In this document: positions 19,585 to 29,138 of the stretch, in pieces
How positions within the stretch are numbered: position 1 is the stretch's first letter
Layout of the letters: each line of letters starts with the position of its first letter
Source: Betaproteobacteria bacterium
GTDB lineage: Bacteria; Pseudomonadota; Gammaproteobacteria; Burkholderiales; Usitatibacteraceae
NCBI GenBank assembly: GCA_031409495.1
Contig: JANNXI010000268.1
Coordinates: forward strand, 2,075-66,074
Direction of reading: 5' to 3'
DNA: 64,000 bases
Notes under the pieces: generated by a model
What the model was told of the DNA's origin: nothing
What the model saw: the letters and a program-made list of their open reading frames with translations, nothing else
Database searches by the model: none
Made by a program: the position numbers and the translations under genes

Positions 19585-21431
19585 GTAAAATGCCTACAAG
19601 ACACATGCCTGCGACGACAATACCTTCAAGCAAGCCAATTTTAAAGGCAGTGGTCTTTGCGCTGCTGAGCGCGTCGCTTTCAAGCAACTACGCACAAACA
19701 CCTCCAGTACTCCCGGTACTCCCAGTTGATAGCACAGCAAGCGATGAGGCAATCGAGCGCCAACGCCCGCAAAGTAAGCCGCTCAAATACGAACTGCCAC
19801 CAATTGATCCAAATCAAGTATCGCCACCAACGCCGCTCATGCCGCGTGAGTTAGTATCCGTGCCGGATCGTTGGCGCATCGTCGATACCTTGGGCATTAA
19901 ATTCCCTTGGTACGATCCGTACAATCACAATGTGTATAAAGGCGATAAGCCGTTTGAGCCGTTTGCTAAATGGGGCAATGACTGGTTCTTAGCGCTTTCA
20001 GCAATTTCGGACTCACTCATTGAAGCGCGGCGCTTGCCTACACCCGTGGGTGCGCAATCTACGGCTGGTGCCGACGCCAGCGATGTGTTTGGTCGCCCGC
20101 GGCAAACAGGCCTAGTGCAAACACTTATTTTCTCCGTGGGCGTAACCAAAGGCAACACCACCTTTAAGCCGCCTGACTATGAGTTTCGATTTGTGCCCGC
20201 TATTCATATTAACCATGCGCGTACACGCGAAGTACGCGCAGTGCGGGTTGATCCCCGTGAAGGTTTTAATCGCACCGATTCGCACCTTGGCATACAAGAA
20301 GCCTTTGCTGATGTGCACCTGCGCAACGTATCTGAACGCTATGATTTTGATTCGCTGCGCGTGGGCATTCAGCCCTTCACATCGGATTTTCGTGGTTTTC
20401 TGTTTCAAGATGTGCCCATTGGTGTGCGCTTGTTTGGTACCCGTGATAATAATAAATTGCAATACAACTTGGCGTACTTTCGACGCATCGAAAAGGACAC
20501 CAATAGCGGCTTAAACGATATTAATCAAACCCTGCGGCGCGATCATATACTGGCTGCAAACGTCTATAAACAGGACTTCCCCGTTCTTGGCCACACCACA
20601 CAAGCTACCATCATCCACAACATCAATCGTGAATCGAGTCGTGATTACTATGACCGCAATGGCGCGCTAGTTCGTCCAGCAGTATTGGGCGATGTACGTG
20701 GCCATAACTATCGCGTAACCTATCTTGGACTCAACGGTGACGGGCATTTTGGCAAATGGAATTTAACTACCTCTCTATATGCAGCGCTCGGTCGGGATAA
20801 TCGCCATCCGCTCGCACAAAAGCCGCAAACCATTCGTGCGGGCATGGCGGCAGCTGAACTCTCGCGCGACTTTTCATGGCTGCGCGTCCGCGCGAATGCC
20901 TTGGTTGCCTCTGGCGACAAAGACCCTTTTGATAGTCGCGCCACCGGCTTTGATGCGATTTTTGAAAACCCGCAATTTGCGGGTGCCGACACTAGCTTTT
21001 TCATTCGCCAAGCCGTCCCCTTGATTGGGGGTGGTGGCGTAGCGCTTTCTGGACGCAACGGTATTTTGCCGTCGCTGCGGTCATCAAAAGACCAAGGCCA
21101 ATCTAATTTTGTAAATCCTGGTTTAACCCTGTTGGGCGTCGGCGCAGATGCCGACCTAACGCCGCAAGTTCGGGTGATTGCCAATGTATCAAAATTGCAG
21201 TTTGTAAACACATCGGTATTGGGTGTGCTGCGTAATCAGACCCCGCCGTCAAAAGACCTAGGTGTGGATGTTTCTTTGGGAGCGCAGTATCGGCCATTTA
21301 TGTCACAGAACATTGTCTTTAATGCCTCTGCGTCGGCTTTGCTACCCGGAAAAGGGCTTAAACAGCTCTATGATGAAGGCAAGCGTGGAGCGCAATACTC
21401 AGTTTTACTAAATCTAGTGCTCACATATTAA
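19581..21431 (+). CDS. putative outer-membrane beta-barrel protein
   Basis: Start at ATG 19581 (ATGA overlap with the upstream stop) gives MSKMPTRH...ILKAVVFALLSASLSSNYAQ, a signal peptide. Alternating amphipathic segments and a C-terminal ...YSVLLNLVLTY aromatic terminus. I did not recognise the family. Confidence 0.6.
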   Translation: MSKMPTRHMPATTIPSSKPILKAVVFALLSASLSSNYAQTPPVLPVLPVDSTASDEAIERQRPQSKPLKYELPPIDPNQVSPPTPLMPRELVSVPDRWRIVDTLGIKFPWYDPYNHNVYKGDKPFEPFAKWGNDWFLALSAISDSLIEARRLPTPVGAQSTAGADASDVFGRPRQTGLVQTLIFSVGVTKGNTTFKPPDYEFRFVPAIHINHARTREVRAVRVDPREGFNRTDSHLGIQEAFADVHLRNVSERYDFDSLRVGIQPFTSDFRGFLFQDVPIGVRLFGTRDNNKLQYNLAYFRRIEKDTNSGLNDINQTLRRDHILAANVYKQDFPVLGHTTQATIIHNINRESSRDYYDRNGALVRPAVLGDVRGHNYRVTYLGLNGDGHFGKWNLTTSLYAALGRDNRHPLAQKPQTIRAGMAAAELSRDFSWLRVRANALVASGDKDPFDSRATGFDAIFENPQFAGADTSFFIRQAVPLIGGGGVALSGRNGILPSLRSSKDQGQSNFVNPGLTLLGVGADADLTPQVRVIANVSKLQFVNTSVLGVLRNQTPPSKDLGVDVSLGAQYRPFMSQNIVFNASASALLPGKGLKQLYDEGKRGAQYSVLLNLVLTY

Positions 21432-21439
21432 GGCTGAAG

Positions 21440-24400
21440 ATGCGTGCGTTTATAACCCTAATTTTTTGCGTTCCGTTCCTAAGCTTAGGACTCGCTTTTA
21501 CGCTCGCCAATGCTAACGCCAACGCTACGGTTGGCCCCGTGGCCGCTGCTACGCCGCAAAAAGCGACTCACCTCAAACATCCCGCTGCGCCCGCGCGCCA
21601 AACCGCAAAAGACGCTGAGTTAAAATCTGCTGGCTGCGTAACTTGCCATACCGGCACGGATAAACACACCATGCACGCCAACCCGGCAGTGGTATTAGGT
21701 TGCACCGATTGTCACGGCGGTGATGTGGGCGTGGCTAAACCCAAAGATGCGATTTATAAGGGTGTGGGCGACGCCCAATATAGTGCCGCGATGAATCGCG
21801 CCCACGTAAATCCGACTTTTCCGAAAGCGTGGAACTATCCATCATCTGCCAATCCTGAAAGCAGCTACACCCTGCTGAACCGCGAAAATAAAGACTATGT
21901 GCGCTTTATCAACCCCGGTGATTTACGGGTCGCGCGGGAAGCCTGCGGTGCTTGCCACCTAGAAACCGTGCAAGCGGTAGAACGTAGCTTGATGTCCACC
22001 AGCGCCATGCTTTGGGGGGGGGCAGCATACAACAATGGTATCTTGCCTTATAAGCGCTATATTTTAGGCGAATCCTATACCGCCGATGGTGTGGGCGCTT
22101 CGATTAAGAACCCCGTGCCAGTGAATGAGCATATGACAAAAATGGGCATATTGCCTGCGCTTACTGCCTTACCTGCATGGGAAACCGTGGCACCCGGTGA
22201 TGTGTTCCGCGTATTTGAGCGCGGCGGGCGCGTTATTAATTCTGGCTTTCCTGAAATTGGTCTACCCAACAGCACAGGGGTACTGCAAAAGCTTGACGAA
22301 CCGGGCCGGCCGGATATTAAACAATCCAATCGTGGCCCCGCGACGGGTCAACGCATTGCCGTGCCGGTTTTAAACATCGCTAAAACGCGCTTGAATGATC
22401 CGCACCTTTGGTTTCTCGGCACCAACGACCAGCCCGGCGATTACCGCTCGTCCGGCTGCACCGCTTGCCATACCGTTTACGCTAACGATCGCGACCCGAA
22501 GCGTGCCGGGTTTTACGGCAAATACGGTAATGAAGGCAAATCAATCAGCGTTGATCCGACGATTTCCAAAACTGAGTCTGGACACCCACTAAAACACGAA
22601 TTTACCCGCGCGATACCCTCGTCGCAATGCATGGTTTGCCATATGCATCAACCCAATATTTTCGTCAATAGCTTTTACGGCACCACGATGTGGGATTACG
22701 AATCAGATGCACCGGCAATGTGGCCGAAGCAGCAAAAATATCCAACTGATACAGAGATTAGCAAAATACTTAAGCGCAACCCGGAAGAGGCGGCCACTCG
22801 GGGCTTGTGGGGAAATGCAGATTTCTCTAAAAAAGTTTCGGAACTGAACCCGACGCTTAAAGATGGCCAGTTTGCCGATTACCACGGCCACGGCTGGAAT
22901 TTTCGCTATGTGTATAAGCGCGATCGCAAAGGCACCCTGTTGGACAAAGACAGTAAACCGGTAGCCGATAATGATCCCGAAAAATTCAAAAAAGCGGTGC
23001 ATTTGACGTCCATCCATTTGGATATTGGCATGCAATGCGTTGACTGCCATTTTGTTCAGGACGCGCATGGCAATGGCCATATTTATGGCGAAGTAGCCGC
23101 TGCCGTAGAAATTGATTGCGCCGATTGCCACGGCACCGCCAATAAACTGCCGACACTGCGCACCAGCGGCCCTGCGGCAAAACCGGGTGGCCGTGATTTG
23201 CTCACCCTACGCACGCAAGATGGCCGTAAACGCTTTGAATGGAAAGATGACAAGCTCTATCAACGCTCAGCCCTTGACCCGAAACTTGAATGGCAGATGA
23301 GTTTAGTCAAAAACAGCGTGACCGAAGGCCATCCCGAATACAACGAAAAAGCGGCACGCGCTAAGCTGATGCATAGCGGACAGGCGGGCAAAGATGGCGC
23401 TTGGGGCGTGAGCAAAAACGCAGTTAATCCGAACGCGGATTATGCGCACAATGAAGACAAGATGACCTGCTATTCTTGCCATCTTTCATGGACCACATCT
23501 TGCGGCGGCTGCCACTTGCCGATTCAAGCGAACGCCAAAACCGATCGCCTGCATTATGAAGGTGGTGAGACCCGCAACTTCGCTACCTATAACCCGCAAG
23601 TTGCCAGAGATGATATGTTCCAACTGGGTAAGCACGGCACGGTAAAAGGCTCGCGCATTACGCCGGTGCGGTCTAGCTCGGCGCTAGTTTTAAGCTCAAC
23701 AAATTCAAACCGTGAAAAAATTTATATACAACAACCGCCGATAGCTTCTAGCGGATTCTCCTCCCAAGCCTTTGCCCCGCACTATCCGCATACTGAGCGC
23801 AAGACTGAAACCAAGACGTGTAGCGATTGCCACCTCAGCACCGCCAACGATAACAACGCCATCATGGCGCAGTTACTTCTGCAGGGCACTAATTTCGTCA
23901 ACTTTATCGGCTTTAATGCTTGGGTAGGCAGCGCTAAAAATATAGAAGCCGTGCAGGTTACTGAATGGGATGAACCACAATCAGTGATCGGCAGCTATCT
24001 GCAAAAATATGCTTATCCCGATTACTTTGCAAGCCACGAAAAGCGCAGCTTAGAACTGCCCGAAGCGCACGACCATTCCACAGGCGGCGCGGCGCGTTGC
24101 ATCGCTCTACGGGGCGAATATTTGTTTGTAGCCGAAGGTGAAGGTGGCTTCAGAGTTTATGACGTCGCTAACATCGCCAACAAAGGCGTATCACAACGCA
24201 TTATCACCGCGCCGTTTTCACCACTTGGTCAAGACGCCCACATCGCCAGCAAAAACGCGACTTGCATGGCGCTACCCACCAATCAACCCATCGCACCCGA
24301 GCGTAACAAGGGCGACCTAATGCGCATTACCAACGAAGAACAACCTTTCCACCCCATGTATCACTACGCCTTCATTGTCGATGCGGTTGAGGGCTTAATC

Positions 24401-25237
24401 GTCACGAATGTCGATACCTTTGCTGATGGCGAGCCGCGCAATAATTTTTTAAAGCGCAACCTAACCTGGAACGAAAACGGCGTGCTGAAAGGTGCGCGGC
24501 ACATCACCCTAGGCGGCCATTATGCGTACATAGCAACCGATATGGGCTTAGTTATTTTGAACTTAGATGATCCGCTAAAGCCCCGTATTTCAGCCACCTT
24601 GCCACTATCTGACATGCGTGATAGCGCCCTGCAGTTCCGTTATTTATTCGTCACAACAGCTGCAGGCTTACAAACAGTTGACATCACTTCACCCACGCAA
24701 CCTGAACTAATCACCTCCGCTAACATCGCACTTGGTGATGCACGCGGCGTGTATGTCGCGCGCACCTACGCCTATGTAGCAGCAGGCAAAGATGGCTTAG
24801 TTATTATTGATATTGAAAAGCCACAAACACCAAAAATTGCCACCCGTTTCACCGCCGATGGGAAGCTCAACGATGCGCAGGCCGTCGTCGTTGGGTCTAC
24901 CAATGCTTCCCTGTTTGCCTATGTAGCCGACGGCACGAACGGCTTAAAAGTAGTACAGCTGACCAGCCCTGATTCGCAGCCAAAATTTTATGGCTTTTCC
25001 CCCGAACCTAAACCGCAACTCATTGCGTGGCGCAAAACAAAATCACCTGCACTTGGAATTGCAAAAGGCCTAGATCGTGACCGTGCAGTCGATGAAACAG
25101 GCGGCCAAATCGCGGTTTTTGGGCGAATTGGTTCACGCCCGTTCAACGCCTCCGAAATGGCGAAGTTCTATAAGAATCCCGATGGTAGTTTGTGGACGGT
25201 ATCAGACGAAATAAAGAAAGTAGGCGTACAAAAATGA
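21440..25237 (+). CDS. exported decahaem c-type cytochrome with C-terminal LVIVD-repeat beta-propeller
   Basis: Signal peptide MRAFITLIFCVPFLSLGLAFTLANA. Ten CXXCH motifs: CVTCH, CTDCH, CGACH, CTACH, CMVCH, CVDCH, CADCH, CYSCH, CGGCH, CSDCH. The C-terminal 400 aa hold repeated GGFRVYDVANI / GLVILNLDDPLKP / GLQTVDITSPTQP / GLVIIDIEKPQTP / GLKVVQLTSP units, typical of LVIVD repeats. Confidence 0.85.
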   Translation: MRAFITLIFCVPFLSLGLAFTLANANANATVGPVAAATPQKATHLKHPAAPARQTAKDAELKSAGCVTCHTGTDKHTMHANPAVVLGCTDCHGGDVGVAKPKDAIYKGVGDAQYSAAMNRAHVNPTFPKAWNYPSSANPESSYTLLNRENKDYVRFINPGDLRVAREACGACHLETVQAVERSLMSTSAMLWGGAAYNNGILPYKRYILGESYTADGVGASIKNPVPVNEHMTKMGILPALTALPAWETVAPGDVFRVFERGGRVINSGFPEIGLPNSTGVLQKLDEPGRPDIKQSNRGPATGQRIAVPVLNIAKTRLNDPHLWFLGTNDQPGDYRSSGCTACHTVYANDRDPKRAGFYGKYGNEGKSISVDPTISKTESGHPLKHEFTRAIPSSQCMVCHMHQPNIFVNSFYGTTMWDYESDAPAMWPKQQKYPTDTEISKILKRNPEEAATRGLWGNADFSKKVSELNPTLKDGQFADYHGHGWNFRYVYKRDRKGTLLDKDSKPVADNDPEKFKKAVHLTSIHLDIGMQCVDCHFVQDAHGNGHIYGEVAAAVEIDCADCHGTANKLPTLRTSGPAAKPGGRDLLTLRTQDGRKRFEWKDDKLYQRSALDPKLEWQMSLVKNSVTEGHPEYNEKAARAKLMHSGQAGKDGAWGVSKNAVNPNADYAHNEDKMTCYSCHLSWTTSCGGCHLPIQANAKTDRLHYEGGETRNFATYNPQVARDDMFQLGKHGTVKGSRITPVRSSSALVLSSTNSNREKIYIQQPPIASSGFSSQAFAPHYPHTERKTETKTCSDCHLSTANDNNAIMAQLLLQGTNFVNFIGFNAWVGSAKNIEAVQVTEWDEPQSVIGSYLQKYAYPDYFASHEKRSLELPEAHDHSTGGAARCIALRGEYLFVAEGEGGFRVYDVANIANKGVSQRIITAPFSPLGQDAHIASKNATCMALPTNQPIAPERNKGDLMRITNEEQPFHPMYHYAFIVDAVEGLIVTNVDTFADGEPRNNFLKRNLTWNENGVLKGARHITLGGHYAYIATDMGLVILNLDDPLKPRISATLPLSDMRDSALQFRYLFVTTAAGLQTVDITSPTQPELITSANIALGDARGVYVARTYAYVAAGKDGLVIIDIEKPQTPKIATRFTADGKLNDAQAVVVGSTNASLFAYVADGTNGLKVVQLTSPDSQPKFYGFSPEPKPQLIAWRKTKSPALGIAKGLDRDRAVDETGGQIAVFGRIGSRPFNASEMAKFYKNPDGSLWTVSDEIKKVGVQK

Positions 25238-26637
25238 TATTACAAACAACTTTGTGGCGCATCGTCATTTGCTGTTTTTTTTGTGCCGCCACTAGCACCA
25301 TCACGGCACAAGCCACCTTACCCTATCATTCCAAAAATGAAACCTTGGGTACCGTCACCTGCGCATCCAGCTTATGCCATGGGGCGATCAAGCAGTGGAA
25401 AGAATCAAATGTCCTGCAGAACGAATACCTTACTTGGTCGCGCACGGATAAGCATGCTCGCGCCTACAGCGTGCTGCTAAACGACCGTTCTAAGCGCATC
25501 GTCAAAAATTTAAATTTGCCTCAGCCAGCGCACGAAGCCAAAATTTGCCTTGATTGCCACGCGCACGTGGTACCCGAAGATAAGCGTGGAGACCGCTTTG
25601 TACTGAGCGATGGCATAACGTGCGAAAGCTGCCACGGCCCCGCTGAAAAGTGGATAAAAACACATGTAGAACCAGCGCAAAAGGGTGTAAGTCAACACGA
25701 AAAAAATATTGCAGATGGGATGTATTCAACTTCCGACGCCGTGAGCCGCGCCAGCCTTTGTATGTCTTGCCACTTTGGCAATCAAGATAAATTCGTCAAT
25801 CACCGCATTATGGCCGCAGGCCACCCGCGCTTAAGCTTCGAGCTCGATACCTTTACTGAATTGGCGCCCAAGCACTTTGTGATTGACGACGACTATGCAG
25901 CACGCAAGCAAGTATGGGATGGTGCAAAAACCTGGGGCGTGGGCCAAGCCTTAGCGGTAGCCGAAACCATGCGGATGCTGCAAGATCCAAAACACGGGCG
26001 CGACGGTTTGTTTCCTGAACTAGTGCTGTTCGATTGTCACGCCTGCCACCACCCCATGGCTGAAAATCGCTGGCAACCAAAATCGGCGCTGGGCAATCGC
26101 GTGGCACCGGGTTTGGTACGCTTAAATGATTCCAGCATGTTGATGCTGCGGGCGATTGCGAGCGTGATTGATCCTAAATTAGGCGCTTCAGTAAGCGCGC
26201 AAACGCAAAAATTGCATCGCGCTATTGCGGGCGAAGCCAATGGCATAGCCGATGCAATGGTTGAGGCGCGCAACTTGCAAGCACTGGCCCACGCCGCCGC
26301 CCGCGTCATTGCCGAAACCAACTTTACCAGCACCACCATGCAAAATGTGCTGCAGCGCCTCGTTCAAGACGGCGCTCAAAGCGGTTATACCGATTTCGCG
26401 GTGGCCGAACAAGCAACACTTGCCATTGGTAGTATCGGTGCCTTTTTAGCCAAGCGTGGCGCGCTGCCGCAGCCGCGCGAATTTAATGCGCAGCTAAAAA
26501 AGTTAAATCTCATCTTAAAAAATGACGAGCAATTTAAGCCTGCTGAATTCGCGCATTTGCTTAAAGGCTTAAGCGTTTACGCCGCCGTAAAACTAACCAA
26601 CAAAGCGCAAGTAGCCGCAACCGGAGCTAAGCCATGA
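25234..26637 (+). CDS. exported multihaem c-type cytochrome (c554-like N-terminus)
   Basis: Start at ATG 25234 (ATGA overlap) gives the signal peptide MILQTTLWRIVICCFFCAATSTITAQA. Motifs are CLDCH, CESCH, CMSCH, CHACH plus CASSLCH (CX4CH). The C-terminal half is helical. Confidence 0.75.
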   Translation: MILQTTLWRIVICCFFCAATSTITAQATLPYHSKNETLGTVTCASSLCHGAIKQWKESNVLQNEYLTWSRTDKHARAYSVLLNDRSKRIVKNLNLPQPAHEAKICLDCHAHVVPEDKRGDRFVLSDGITCESCHGPAEKWIKTHVEPAQKGVSQHEKNIADGMYSTSDAVSRASLCMSCHFGNQDKFVNHRIMAAGHPRLSFELDTFTELAPKHFVIDDDYAARKQVWDGAKTWGVGQALAVAETMRMLQDPKHGRDGLFPELVLFDCHACHHPMAENRWQPKSALGNRVAPGLVRLNDSSMLMLRAIASVIDPKLGASVSAQTQKLHRAIAGEANGIADAMVEARNLQALAHAAARVIAETNFTSTTMQNVLQRLVQDGAQSGYTDFAVAEQATLAIGSIGAFLAKRGALPQPREFNAQLKKLNLILKNDEQFKPAEFAHLLKGLSVYAAVKLTNKAQVAATGAKP

Positions 26638-29078
26638 CCATGCAAACTGAGCCAACCGTTGAGACCTTTGATATCGCCATTATCGGCTCTGGGCCTGCAG
26701 GTATTTCTGCTGCAGGGCGCGCAGCAGAACTAAAAATCCCGCACGTGCTATTAGAAGCGCAAGCTAACCACTTTGCCGACACTATTTTTAAATACCAGCG
26801 CGGTAAACACGTGATGGCTGAGCCAGCGATTTTGCCCTTGCGTAGCCCGCTGGATTTTGGTGAGGGCAAGCGCGAAGCAATATTAGGTGTTTGGGAAACC
26901 CAGCTAAAAGCATTAGGGGTCAACCTGCAATTCAATGCGCAAGTAAGCGGCATAAAAGGTGAAAAAGGCAATTTTGAAATTTCGCTAGCAAGCGGCAAAA
27001 CCATCCGCGCCAAGCATATTGTGCTTGCCATCGGATTACAGGGAAATTTACGCAAACTAGGCGTGCCGGGTGAAGATTTGCCCAACATTCAGTACCAGCT
27101 TGATGATCCAGATGAATTTGATGATGAAACCATTATTGTGGTGGGTGCTGGTGACGCTGCGATCGAAAATGCGCTGGCTCTGACCAAGCAAAATCGGGTT
27201 ATTTTAACAAACCGTAGCGAGGAGTTTGCGCGGGTTAAAGATGGTAACGCCGCACTAATTTTAGCTGCGGACAAAGCCGATAAAGTATCAGTGCGCTACA
27301 GCACTTCGGTCGCGCGGGTAGAGGCTACCGAAATCACCGCCACAAATAAATTTCCATTGCTATTCGTTGCCAACACCCCGGCTGGTCAGGAAAACATTCC
27401 GTGTCATCGCATTATTGCGCGCTTAGGTGCGATTGCGCCGCGCAAGTTGGTTGAAAGTTTTGGGATTGCGTTTCCTAACGCCAATATGGACGCAGTGCCG
27501 GCTTTATCAGAACGCTACGAATCGAACGTACCTGGCTTGTATATTATTGGTGCATTGGGCGGCTATCCCCTAATAAAACAAGCGATGAATCAAGGCTATG
27601 AAGCCATTGAATACATACTAGGTAATAACGTTGAACCAGCTGATGAGCCGGTTTTGCGCGCAAAGTTTAAAGGCATAAAAATTGCTAGCGTTGCTGAAGC
27701 GGTACAAGGCATTCAACACAGTGTGCCACTGCTTTCAAGCCTGACACAACTGCAATTGCGCGAGCTGTTAATGGAAAGCGAAATACATGCCTTAGACGCC
27801 AATCAAGTTGTGTTCAATCGCAATGATTACACCAATTCTTTCTACTCTATTGTTAGTGGAAAAGTTACCGTTGAATTCACCGATGCTAAAGGTGTAGCGG
27901 TAAAGTTTGAACTGGGCCAGGGCGAGTTTTTTGGTGAGATGGGCCTGTTGTCGGGCCGCCGTCGCACGGCTACAATTCGCACCTGTGCCCAAACGCAACT
28001 GCTCGAAACCCCACGGCGGAGCATGTTGAAGCTGCTGGCCTCCGTTGAATCAGTACGCAAAACCCTCGACACAGTAATGATGAAGCGGGTGGTGCGGCAA
28101 ACATTATCTCAAGACTTATGGGATCACCAAGTAGAGGAACTGGTTAAAACCGCTACGCTCAAACGCTACGCCACCAATGAAGCGCTGTTTAAAGAGGGCG
28201 ATAAAGCCGATGGCTTACACCTGATTCGGCGCGGCTCAGTCACGGTATCGCGCACCATCGGCGGCAAAGAAATTGTATTATCCTATGTTGCCGCAGGAAA
28301 TTATGTGGGTGAAATGGCAATGCTTTCTAACGCACCCCGCTCAGCCACCGTGCGCGCTGCTGTGCCCACTGAAGTGATCTTGTTGGAAGCGAAAATGCTG
28401 GCCAACGTAATGTCTGATCACACCGTGATTCAAAAGCGCATGAGCGTAGAATCGATGCAGCGTATTAAAAGCAATCAAGCCATGGAGACCAAATCGGAAT
28501 CCGGCAACATTATCTCTTTCCTGATGCAGCAAGGCTTGGGCGAAGCCACCGATGTGTTGCTCATTAACGAAAGCTTGTGCATACGCTGCAACAATTGTGA
28601 AAAAGCCTGTGCCGATACGCACGATGGCACTTCACGCTTAAACCGTGAAGCCGGTCCCACATTTGCGCAAATTCACGTACCCACATCTTGTCGCCACTGT
28701 GAGCACCCGCATTGCATGAAAGATTGCCCGCCAGACGCCATTAGGCGTTCTGCAAACGGTGAAGTCTATATTGCAGATACGTGCATCGGGTGCGGCAATT
28801 GCGAGCGCAATTGCCCTTACGGCGTGATTCAAATGGCAGCGTCTGACCCAAACCCAAAACGGCCGTCGCTTATTTCTTGGCTCATGCTGGGCCTAGGGCA
28901 AGAACCGGGGGTAGCTAAGGTCAACAAAGATAAAACGCTACCGAAGAAAGCCGTTAAGTGCGACATGTGCAAAGACCAAAAAGGCGGCGCTGCGTGCGTG
29001 CGGTCGTGCCCTACCGGTGCGGCGACACGGGTAGCACCAGAGAAATTTTTGGAATATACACGCGGTGGCGCGCAGTAA
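26634..29078 (+). CDS. FAD/NAD(P)-binding oxidoreductase - 2x cyclic-nucleotide-binding domain - polyferredoxin fusion
   Basis: FDIAIIGSGPAGISAAGRAAE and IIVVGAGDAAIENA dinucleotide folds. Two cNMP signatures, FGEMGLLSGRRRTATIRT and VGEMAMLSNAPRSATVRA. Cys clusters CIRCNNCEKAC, CRHCEHPHCMKDCP, CIGCGNCERNCP, CDMC...CVRSCP. ATGA overlap with the upstream gene. Confidence 0.85.
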   Translation: MTMQTEPTVETFDIAIIGSGPAGISAAGRAAELKIPHVLLEAQANHFADTIFKYQRGKHVMAEPAILPLRSPLDFGEGKREAILGVWETQLKALGVNLQFNAQVSGIKGEKGNFEISLASGKTIRAKHIVLAIGLQGNLRKLGVPGEDLPNIQYQLDDPDEFDDETIIVVGAGDAAIENALALTKQNRVILTNRSEEFARVKDGNAALILAADKADKVSVRYSTSVARVEATEITATNKFPLLFVANTPAGQENIPCHRIIARLGAIAPRKLVESFGIAFPNANMDAVPALSERYESNVPGLYIIGALGGYPLIKQAMNQGYEAIEYILGNNVEPADEPVLRAKFKGIKIASVAEAVQGIQHSVPLLSSLTQLQLRELLMESEIHALDANQVVFNRNDYTNSFYSIVSGKVTVEFTDAKGVAVKFELGQGEFFGEMGLLSGRRRTATIRTCAQTQLLETPRRSMLKLLASVESVRKTLDTVMMKRVVRQTLSQDLWDHQVEELVKTATLKRYATNEALFKEGDKADGLHLIRRGSVTVSRTIGGKEIVLSYVAAGNYVGEMAMLSNAPRSATVRAAVPTEVILLEAKMLANVMSDHTVIQKRMSVESMQRIKSNQAMETKSESGNIISFLMQQGLGEATDVLLINESLCIRCNNCEKACADTHDGTSRLNREAGPTFAQIHVPTSCRHCEHPHCMKDCPPDAIRRSANGEVYIADTCIGCGNCERNCPYGVIQMAASDPNPKRPSLISWLMLGLGQEPGVAKVNKDKTLPKKAVKCDMCKDQKGGAACVRSCPTGAATRVAPEKFLEYTRGGAQ

Positions 29079-29138
29079 GGTAGCTACGGCATCATCAGCG
29101 CTTACAACACCGCAGCGGCTTCATCAGGTCCCGTCGTC

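Noticed and set aside
20112-20514. ORFs of 116 and 111 aa on both strands inside the barrel gene.
   Set aside because: They are embedded in a longer ORF with a signal peptide and operon coupling. They are compositionally odd.
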